Source of the DNA: Raillietiella orientalis
Taxonomy: Eukaryota
Length of the DNA: 64,000 bases
Reading direction: 5' to 3'
NCBI GenBank assembly: GCA_036172245.1
Contig: JAYWIR010000037.1
Coordinates: 1,054,001 to 1,118,000 of the forward strand
Shown: positions 38,683 to 49,220 of the stretch, in pieces
How the letters are laid out: every line of letters begins with the position of its first letter
Numbering within the stretch: the stretch's first letter is position 1
The notes under the pieces: model-generated
What the model was told of the DNA's origin: nothing
The model's database searches: none
What the model saw: only the letters and a program-made list of their open reading frames with translations
Made by a program: the position numbers and the translations under genes

Positions 38683-40444
38683 ATCCTGTGGAGCGTGACC
38701 TTGCTTGTTGGAATTTACTATACGAGTTTTCAAGATCTGGGGAAGATATGAGCTCAGGTAAACTTGATTTTCAAGGAGTCAGGAGAAGTCGACTTTTGGA
38801 TAAAAGGGCTCGTTTCAGTGACTGCTTATTCAAGCTTCCAACTCCTCCAAACTGATTGTGATGGTTATCGGAGAGAAGGAGTCTTTGTTCGGAAAGCTTC
38901 AGCCACGCTAGCACGACGAGGTTAAACTCCTCCTCTGAATGATCGATTATTTATTCGATAGTTCACTTGGCAAACGCATCCTTGTCGAAAGCAAAGCTTC
39001 CCTAATAAATTGCGCTCCGTTCATCACGAAAGAGGAATCCGAAAGGGGAGGATGCCAAGCATAAGGTACGAAAGCATTCGTTACAAGGAACAGATTGAAG
39101 GTACGTTTTAAAAATGTCAGAGGAGGTCAGACGAGGTGGTGCCCCCAAGAAATTTCCGGGCGAACTGAGCACTATGGAAGTCACTGTTGACATCACTTTC
39201 ATTTCTTGTTTCATTGGAGCATATTTTAGCTGAGAAGGATACCAGAAGCAGCAACAAACAGTGAAGCTGACTGCCGCGATCTCCACAGAAGGCAATGAAC
39301 AGCAATGAAAGCAATTCAAGATTGAGTTTAAATCTTCGATAGAGAAGAAGCTATCGGTTTCTCACAGATTTAAGCGTGGAGCATCCCTGGCGCAAGAATT
39401 CAATTAGAACCCGTTTCAAGTTGGAACCATTAGTCTAGCGCCAGAATCCAGGAAAATCCAGAAACTAGAAGAATACTAATCGCATAGTAATGCATTATTA
39501 CTCTAATACTTATTCTAATGATGGCTCGCTACATGTTAGTGGGTCTTTGTGCAATTTTTATTTTTTTGTCAAGTATGGGCTGTTTCTAATTGAAAGCCCG
39601 TTTCCGAACAGAGGACTCCAGCAGGACTATGGTACAAATCCACTTATTTCTTGTGGGATCTCTCACAAGAAACAGCTGAATTCGAAGAGCACATTATCTC
39701 TTGAATGTAGTTGTATAAAACGGAATAAACGAAATCCCTTGTTTAGGAATAACCAATCTGAGAACTTGTTGCGGTCCATTTCCGAGTTCCTAGTTGTCAC
39801 CATGGATACGTTGATCATCTCTTCACTTTTGTTGTTAGATAGGACTGAATGAGGATAGCATCAAAAAGTTCCCATAAAATGAACCCGTTTGAAACCTTTC
39901 TTACGTAGGAGTGTTGTGAAATCTTCGTGATGCATTCATCGTGCACGTTCCATCTCTTTTCTTTGCTGCACAGCTAACGTAATTGCTTAAATACTTCGCA
40001 GATGACGCTGCCTAACGAAAGTCGGACCGGAAAATGGTGCAATGGTATAATGATGAACTTCTCGTCTCTGTTACGACAGTGAGTGTTCGTCGGCACTCTG
40101 ATTTTTCGCTTCGATTGTAAATAAGATCAGTATGGTACGAGGTATACATTTATTGGCATTTATATATTAGAATTTATGAACAGTAGTCTCAAAAATGAAT
40201 AGATGGAACAGTTTCTTTTCTGTTTACTGGTTTCCTACAGTTTGTGATTTTATCATCATCGGAGCTTTTCTTCGACGTCCGCTGAAATTCAAGAAAGATT
40301 AAAGTGCAATCTAAGTGATCCTCTTGAGACGATCGTCACCCTTGCAAAAAAAAAAAAAAAAAAGAAACTCGAATTATACAGCATTATCACAGGAGCCTGG
40401 ACTATTCAGTGTCACCTCTGCCGTCCACTTAGCCACTATTAAAT

Positions 40445-40489
40445 TCCACATGGGATAAGTTTTCCAGATACGGTCATATCCCATGTGGA
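40445..40489. repeat. 13-bp inverted repeat
   Basis: tccacatgggata ... tatcccatgtgga with a 19-nt spacer. Confidence 0.8.
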
Positions 40490-41221
40490 CAGGCACCATC
40501 AAAGGTCCACTCGACGACACGGATCGTGTAACCTTAAATTCAAGGAAGCAAATGGCTGCCTAGGGAATAACAATAATTCAGGAAATGCGGTCGGAGTCAG
40601 CTGATAAACCACAGGGGTGATCAAGGAGCATGAACTGCAGCTTCCCGTTTGCAACTTCCCCGTTCAGGAGTTTCCCAGTCGCGTAGACGACCTGCCACGA
40701 CCCTCTGCTGTTTTCAAGTGACCAAGGACATCATCGCCCTGTACTAACCAGTGGAACATGAAACATGTTCCAAGTGGAAGGAACTTTGAACACGACGTTG
40801 AGTTCCAAACGAAAATCTACGAAGCGTTTCTTGACTACACGGTTTTTCTGTGAGTTCTGCTGTGAAACGGATCATTGGAAACAGGAAGATGTCGAGCTAA
40901 CGGAAGAATGAACTGGACGCTTCCATAGCTGCTCAAAGTTCGAATGAGGCTCTGAGTGAATCGAAAGATCCACGAAGAGCATCCACGAAGGCATGTTTGC
41001 CGATTGCTGATGATCCATCTTTTTTTTTTTTTTTTCAGAAGATCATAAAATGCCCTCAGTAGCTTAGCACCGAGTTGGAGTACAACTTGTTCGAAGTTTG
41101 CCAGTTGCTCTTCGAAATGCCTTAGATGAAACACAAACCATAGCAGTCGGTTTTCTCAAGAAGTTTGATACTTGAGCGGATTTTGCGATTGCACACAAAC
41201 GAAAAAGAGTATTAACAATGT

Positions 41222-41258
41222 CTGACATCCTTTTTTCGTTTTATATTTTCCTTTGCAG
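41222..41258 (+). other. Strong spliceosomal 3' splice site candidate
   Basis: Branch-point-like ctgac, a long polypyrimidine tract ccttttttcgttttatattttccttt, then gcag|g. Confidence 0.45.
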
Positions 41259-44200
41259 GTCCGTCTCATGTGTTCTGCGTGAATGACCTTTCGTGGAAGG
41301 AAAACTGGAGTGGCGCGAAGGTTCGGTGTAGTTGGACGGACGCTTAAATGTGTGCTCTTCAGGGGGACGAGTCTTCCCTCATGAAATTTATAATACTTTG
41401 ACGTTAGTGAGCCAACTCGAAATGAGAAACCAGCTGCTGTCCGAACACTTTTAAATCAGCAATCTAAGCCGACTGTTACCACGAAGGCACGAGGAACACA
41501 AACCTTGGAAGAACTTATTTCAAAGGAGCTCTCTCCCTCAGGGATACTCAGGAAAACATCGACAGCCTTATCGTCCGTTACTTCTGGAAGAACGTATCAT
41601 TAACCATTCCTACTCGTGCATTATAAGCATCACCTGATCTAAAAGTGCAGGTGGCGTGCGCTGCACTTCCGTTTCAAAATCCTATGCACTGTTTTTTGAT
41701 GTACTGCTTATCCGGATCGGCAGACAGTTCTGGTGATGATAGGTCCAGATGCAAAAGCACACCGATAAATTTAAGCAGCCTCTGTTCTGGAATCTGTTTG
41801 CTTTCGCACTTCTGGCTCGTTGAATCTGAGAGACGTGCGAGATCCAAACTTGTAAAATACAGTGAGATGACGTTGAGATGATGGAAACGAAGGTGGAAAA
41901 GGAGATGAGACAAAAGAAGACGCTACGAAAACAATGAATCTCAGTCGGAGGATCGCAGGTTGCGGTTTCAATTTTCCCTATTCTACTACGCCATGAAAAT
42001 CCGTTGTGGTGAACAGCTGGAATCCAGTTTTTGGCTTCGAACGCAAAAGCACGGGTGTCGGCCGTTGCCATGCCTCCGAAGCAAAAATCACGCCGACGTC
42101 AGTAAATGATGTCACAGGAACCCTTGTTCTGGAACAGGTTCGGTAAGTTCGATGGCTGCAGTTCTGGAGTTCCCCTCAATTCATCTCGATGCTGCTTTGT
42201 TCGAGGATCCCCAAAGCAGCAAGTCTTAAGAATGATCACTCTATCCCCTAGGATTCCGAGATAACCTCGACTTTTCGGGGGATCAAAATCGATCGGCAAT
42301 GAGGACCGCTCAAGAGCGAAGAGATGTCTGCTTGGTTTACACACCACTGCGAATTTCCTAGTGTCCAATACTCCACTTGTACCACCTGCAAGAAGTGACT
42401 TCTGTAAGAAGGTTTCTCTTCGCTTTCTTTGAAGAGTGTCGAGGTTAAAAGGCGAACTGTTCCTGCCATGGAAGATGCTGTTTGCTTTTCGTTCTGCTAC
42501 ATGAATTGCAATGCTCAGACCATTCAGCAGGCATCAAGGTGGAACGTGTTTTGAGTTACTGCCTAGAGGTATGACTCCATTAGTCTGTCTAGTAACTTGG
42601 AGAAGGATCTGCATACACTTGCAGCTTGCAAGGCTTTATATTGTCCTTGTTTCCTGTAGCTTTTTTCTTGGAACAAGCCTACGATCAGGTTCTCTTCAAT
42701 GTCGCTGAATACGAGAACCTTCATGAGAAGCGACAGAATGTGATTAAACATGGACTCAGGAATCAAAACCGGAAACAAAACAGGAATTGGAGGAGGCACA
42801 ATGGAAATGACCTTCACTGGTCCAGCTGACAAAGGAGCTCGTTGTATGTGGCAAAACAAAGGTGATGTTGGTTACTTTGACGAGGAAGTTGCTGCCCCCA
42901 CAAGAAAGAGAAGTCAGCCCGTACTTCCAAAAGAAGTTTTAGGATGCTTGGTTGATGTGTGAAGTGCTAAGGAAAAAGGGTCTTAGATGACAGTTGCCTT
43001 CATCTACGAGTCCCGGTTTTGGATGCTTTATCGCAACAAGGCTCTCTCTCGTTCACTGCAGTTCTCGAAGCAATCTTTTGTTGAACATCGTACTACCGTA
43101 CTGACTCTTCCCGGGATAGGTGTGAGTCCCCTTGCTTTTGTTTCTCGAAACTCGAAGAACAACTCGGAAGGAGGGAGTGAGGGTCACGTGACTACGTTTT
43201 TCAGGACACCTTTGAATGATTCCATCGATGGCTCACCGAAGGCACTCCAGAAAACGGCACAAGCAGCCAGGAACAGTTGCGCATTGACCCGAGACCTGCA
43301 AACAAGACGATGTCCTCTTTTGAACACCAATCCATTTTGGCAGACCTCTGTGGGTGGGTGTTCTTACAGGTTTAGTCTCTTTTCGCCCGGATGTTCAGCT
43401 TTGGAAGCGAACACAAGAATCTGAGCAGGATTTTAGACTTCTGTTCGAGAGTACCACCTATCGACACTCAGGAAACGAGGGGAATGGGGGAACTGAGAAC
43501 GTAAACCAGCATTCGAGGGATCCAATCCTTCCTGCTGCGTTCCCGATTTCACGTGTGCTCATCCGCATGCGCTTTTCCTGTTCTTCGCTTACTCACTGAG
43601 CGAGATCCTGGGTCACTGGGTCTGTTGCGAGATCACGGGTCGCATTCGAGGATCTGGGACGGGGTCCTGGTTATTTGGTAGCTGCCTCGATATCAGGGGA
43701 GGGGGTTTTCCATGAATGTCTTTCCACGATCGATCCAACGGACGACGTACGTGTCGAGTTCGAAGCCATGTATTCAGCAGACCGCTGCAGTCGCAAAGGG
43801 GTGGGAACTCTTTGCTGGGAAGCTTCGTTTCCGGAGGAGCGAGGCTTCGCTTCCTGGCTTCACCGGCTCGCGAACATCAGACCATATCGGACGCCGCCTG
43901 AGAACCTCCCCAGGAACCTTGACTCAGTTCTAGAGGAACCATTCCGGTCCGGGATTCTTAGCTCCGAACAGAGCTTAATGGATCATAAGAGAAACACAGC
44001 CAACAACCTGGCGAGAAGACATGCTCCTTCCGAGCCACGCCAGGGGTCCGCACAACAGCGAGTTCCCGCTGTCCGCGCGCTTCGTCGAAGACAAGCGCTC
44101 CATTCCTGCAACCAGCTTACCTGCGCGTTTCGGAGACTGCGACTTTCTTGTCCAGAAGGAGGGCTACTGCACCACACATTCGAGCGGCTGGTCCACGCTT

Positions 44201-44738
44201 ACCAATACATAATACGCCATAGTACAGTAAGGGCAGATGGAAGTGTACGCGAAAAATCTTCTTACAAGAATTATTCAGGATTAAATCGAGGAGGAACGAT
44301 GAAAGTGACCTACGGTTTCAACATTTGCGTGTTTCCCCTAATAATAGGAAAAGGCACGAGGGATTTTTCTTTGACACTCCGTCGAGCTGCCAATTTTCAA
44401 ATTATTCCCATTCCTGCCACAGCTTTCACGTCCATCCACCCGCCCAATCCGTTCCCTGATGAGGTCAGCATGTGCTCTCTGGCTTCCAGGACCTCTCCCA
44501 TTTCAGGTTGCAAATTTCGTTTTTTACCTAATGGCACGACAGAATGAACTTTGCGGAGCCGTGTTATCTGCCCTGACGAGCTCTTTTGAAACAGCTGGCA
44601 GCCAGCGGTCAGTAGCACGATCGACTGCCTCGAATTTTTCCAGTCACATGCTCCAGTAATGCCGTGGTAATTTATGTTAGTCCGTTGTATACGGAAACTT
44701 CTCAGATGCCGCTTCAAAAGCAGTCCCTGAAGGATGAT

Positions 44739-45651
44739 TATCACCCGGTTATGCCGAGGCATTTATTACATAACGTAATAAAAGTGCATTTGTGTGGTAG
44801 AACCACGCTCAATGGACCTGCCCGATACATGTACGCAGACCGGCGAGGTCCACTCCGGCAGCGCGGCGGAAGGGAAAACAAAAACAAAAAAGAAGTAAAC
44901 AAGCAAACCAGGGGAGTGGAAATTATACATGGAAGGGGGAGGAGGACCGAGGAAGGGATCACGGTACGCTGCCCGGCGTCCTCTGCAAGCCTTTCAGGAT
45001 GCCGACAAGTTCCGTCCACATGATGCCCCCAGGTGAAGCCATCTCCTCGGGAAAGTCCACGCCACGCCTAGCGGATGGCGCCATTTCGGCATTTCGGCCT
45101 CTTCTTCTGGCGTTCCAGGCCGCGGACACGGCAGAGAAAACTGAGAGGGACGCGGCTGGCGGCGCAGCGGCCCGCGAGAAGAGGCGTTTGCAAATGTTGC
45201 TGGGGCCGCCCGCCGTGATCCCTAGGGATGGTGGCGAGGCGATCCCCAAAGGGGTGGGAGGGCAGCAGATGCGGGAGGGTTTCCTTCTTCCCGCACCTGT
45301 CGCAATGAGCGCCCACGATCCTTTCCCGTGTCCAGTGGTGAAAACGCGTTTTGCACGGCGTTCCCCCATGCTACATCAGTAACGCCAAATCCCGCCACTC
45401 GGTGGGAGGGCGAAAGTGTTCCAGGAGGCTGAGGGCCACTTCACTTCCTCCGGAGCAATCGCGAGCAGCTCTCCCCAGCGTACAAGTCCACGTGGTGAGA
45501 TGTGTCACGTGTCACAGCGTCCGTGACTTCCCAGGTTGTCCACGTCCCTAATACTTTTTTTCTTAGCTACTTTGCAGCAAATCACTTTCCACCTTTCCAG
45601 GATTACACTGCCCCTTGCGTCTCTTAGGGAGGGCGGCATTGGGGCAAAGGG
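44739..45651 (-). mobile_element. 5'-truncated L1/Tx1-like non-LTR tail (right arm of inverted pair)
   Basis: The 136, 127 and 82 aa ORF translations are identical to those of the left arm. It has its own TSD gtccctgaagg(a/c)tgat at 44723-44738 and 45652-45667. 3' end aataaatgcctcggcataaccgggtga. Confidence 0.85.
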
Positions 45652-45689
45652 GTCCCTGAAGGCTGATACTTGTGGGTTCTTTCCTTCTT

Positions 45690-46140
45690 TTCCGTCTCGC
45701 TGTTTTCCATCTCGCTTTGGGGGGGCTGCTCATTATTTAAGAACCGTTCACCTAGGGCTCACGAGCACTCTCCCACGCCACCCGAGGGTGCATGTCAATT
45801 CTCCTAGAACGGGAGTACTCCATTAGGGACTATTCTATGAATCCAGAAGGGCTCCGAAGGGCGTAGTTCGTTCCGTTTCACGCCTGGGAAGCATCCTCGA
45901 AGGGAACCCTCCACCCTGGTAATCTCCGAAAGGAGCCTCTTCCTTATTCTTTCCGGAGAGTTGCCCTGGAAAAGGAACTCTCAAGGGCAACTGGTTGCCC
46001 TTTGAAGAGAACCCACGACGCACCCGTTTCTTGGCGTCGATCCTCCACTTGGGTATTCGAACCCGTAATGCTTGGCACCAGGCGCGGTGACTATAGCCAC
46101 ACGTCCTCTAACGTGGACAGTCCGATGACATCTTTGCATT
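45690..46140 (-). mobile_element. tRNA-derived SINE-like repeat, copy B (internally deleted)
   Basis: Reverse complement gtgtggct...acgggttcgaataccc...ggatcgacgccaagaaacgggtgcgtcgtggg aligns with copy A (ggatcgacatcgaggaatgggtgcgtcgtgag). The 3' part shares ctggattcata, caccctc, tcgtgag and gaacggttctt with copy A. Confidence 0.7.
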
Positions 46141-49119
46141 GAGCCATGCAGGCTTCAGTTGACGGTGGCAGAACTAGTGCCATTCTGGCACCAGGGCAGT
46201 CTCTGACATCTTACCACTGAGGGCAGACTGATTCGGTTGACTTCTTTATTCCAGGAAAAAACTGCCACCCAACAGAGTGGAACGGTGTACACTTGCGGAA
46301 CCTGGAATTCGATTATCGGAAACCCCGTTTACAACGAGAGCATCCACGTCCCAAGAGTACTGTCACGTGTCTCATCCCTTGACGAGGAGAATCCGGTGTT
46401 GGCTGCGGCTCTGCTGAAATTCTGCACTGGCATCAGGTAAATCACAGTCTGAGTTTCATCTTCTGAAAATTCATCAGACCCGAGGCGTGCAGCAGATCTC
46501 TCCAGCAGTCAAATCGCTAGAAACAAGCGGAAGAGATGAGGTGCTTCATTTGTTTGCGAGTGCAGGAGTTTGTTGCTGCTTTGTTTTCTAAGCGAACGAT
46601 ATTGATGACGGCGTTTCATTAGTCCGGAAAACTCGGATTACGGCAGCTACTCGTCAACTCCACATCCGAATGATGGAATGAAATCAGTGGACAGCACTTT
46701 TGCAAATTTTTGCAAATGCATCACAGCATTCTGCATCAAAGTCACGGGAGGTGTTCCCTCACCTCCCGTTCCTCCTTGAGGTAATTAGAAATCCAGGAGA
46801 ATTTTAGGGATGGTGAATCTCGGCCGAGTCTGGTAACACGCACGGTACATAATAAGACAATGAATGCAAAGACATGTAATAATTATCGAGAGAGGTGTTT
46901 CGACCTGAGACCAAACAGTGGAGTTGCTTTCCGGAACTACCTGAAAGCATCTTTGCTCGATTTTCAGAGAGATCATAAAAATCCTACTGCGCTTTCAGAC
47001 ATTTCAGAAACACCGAAACACGTAAATATAGGATCCAAACTTTCGATCCGGTGCTTCTCCTCCCGTTGGCTTTCGGTCTTCATCGGCTCGTTGGAACAGC
47101 GAGGTCCCAAGAAAACCCATACCCTTCGTGAGATGGCAACTCCAAGAACGAGAGCAAACCAGCTCGGCAAGATGCTGATTCCAACATCTGTGGCATTAGC
47201 GAGGCTTCTGTTTTTGCGAAGCGCTTCAGCAAATTGAAACTTCAGGCGGAGATACTTCAATCCGGAGCAAGGTGGTACCTCAGAACCTCTACCGAGGGCC
47301 CTCCACTTTGGGGAAAAGTGGATAGTTTCAAGAAGTTCCTGTTGCACAATGATGAAAAGGAAATGACCAAGGGGATATTTGAGCGACGAGTGACTCTTTG
47401 AAGTCAACACAAGCATCTATCTACATTCTCACACCAAGTAAGTGCGACCTGTTGCGCTTCGCTGGCGGAGTACCCCTCTTTGGCACGCCATCCAAAGTGT
47501 GCCTGTTTATAGAAGTTTGCCATCTCTATCAACAGCTGAGAGAAGCTGGATAAAAAAAATCAAAAGAGACGACAGAGGCTAGCCTCCCTTATTTTTGTTT
47601 TGTCATGAAGGCGTTGCTCGAGCGCAGCCTTTCCCAGCAGTTTTTGGAAAGCAGTGGGCTGGCAGAGACAAAGATACCGGCTCACGAGGCATCCAGCAAG
47701 GACCAAACAAAGGAAGGCAGACATCTCCAGTTGTCCACGTATGAAGTGCAAATGAATTTCCCATGTCTTTGAATGCTGGCCAGATTATGCCCACGACCTG
47801 CATTCGGTTCCTTAAGAAACGGGGACGCTATTTGAAGCAGAAAACTATACATAATGAAGAGGACGTTCACGTAACAGAATATGAGAATGGTTGCTCATCA
47901 TCAAGAATCCTTTCCCAGTCTTGATCGATCTGTGATTTCCTTGATTGCAACCTGATGTGATAATCGGGTCGCACACTCTGAGGAGGGAGAATTCTCTAAA
48001 AGTCGAGGTGCCTCCTTTGAGAAGGAAATGTTGGATTTCATAGTTTCCCGGAGGTGGACCGGGAGAAGGTAGAATCTTCTGATCAAGGAAAGCGGAGGTG
48101 TTTCGCGCTCCTCGCTCAAAACTGACACGCTGCTTGCCACTCGCGGACCACTAAATCGAAACGTCTGAGCGAGAGAAAAGAGGCAGCTCGCAGTGTGGAC
48201 AAGGCATCCACAGGAACCCGCGCGCCCAGTGCTCACGAAGGCTGAGGTAGGAGGACCCAAGTTGTGGCTGAGAGCCGAGCTCGACGGAACCGGACAGACG
48301 ACCGAGAGCAGATGCTGCTTTCTCTTTCGCCTCTGCGGACGGAACCATCCCCTTTCCTCCCTTTCTTTTGACTCTGATCGAGTCACGTGCCTCTCCACAT
48401 TGAAGGCATGGCTTCGCGAACGCCCTCTCTCCGTTTTCGAAGCTCTGCACCAGGATTTTTCCGTCCTTTCCTGCACGGATGCTGTCCTCTCGGCGAACCG
48501 CTCTCTCAAGTGAAAAGGGCACGGCGCACGGTAGCCAAGAGGGTCAACAGAATCGTGCGACATCGAAGAGACTTCCCTCCTGAGGGAATCCCGAACGGGA
48601 AACGCTCTCTTCCCTGCTTTGACGTCGACGACGAGGACTGCGCTGCATCATTGTTGCATTTTAATGGTCTGCGGAGGGTAGAAGCGCACCACCACCACCT
48701 CGAGGACATCTCCGGCTCGGCAAGAGAGCACGAAGGTTAGTGAAGGTCCCTTCTCGACAGAGCAAAGCGCTTTCGCTCGTTAACGCAGAGGCTGCGAGAG
48801 ATCCCTACCTCCTCCGAGCATTATTGAGATTTTTCCGAAACTTCGCTGGTGGTCAAGTGCCCGTTCTTCATGTTAAAGCTCTTTAGGAGTCGAAAAATTG
48901 CTGCGCTTTCCCGCTAATGTTGCCAAATTATGTAAAGAGGAAAAAAGATCCAGCAACAACCCTTGAATGATTGTGGTGCGTAAGCAATTGACATTCTTTA
49001 CCTGGATTCCAATGACATCTGATTGAAACCTACATGCGTTTCCTGTTATCAGAGGACATGCAATTACGGAAATGTCTAAATTGATGTGGCTTCCCAGATA
49101 AAAAGGGAAGAGTTCAGTA

Positions 49120-49220
49120 CAGGGAAACCCTCCTCCCCCCCCCCTCCCACTTTCCCCTCCCTCCGTAAAAGTTTATAAAGAGCATTTCTTGAATAATAAA
49201 CACGGCGGTGACCGGGACCG
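49120..49220 (+). mobile_element. Possible very short non-LTR 3' tail
   Basis: C-rich tract followed by aataaaacacggcggtgaccggga, which resembles the family terminus. No clear TSD. Confidence 0.25.

Noticed and set aside
37846..45571. Terminal inverted repeats of a 7.7-kb DNA transposon
   Set aside because: The arms encode a LINE C-terminus and each has its own TSD. There is no TSD outside the pair and no transposase in the spacer.
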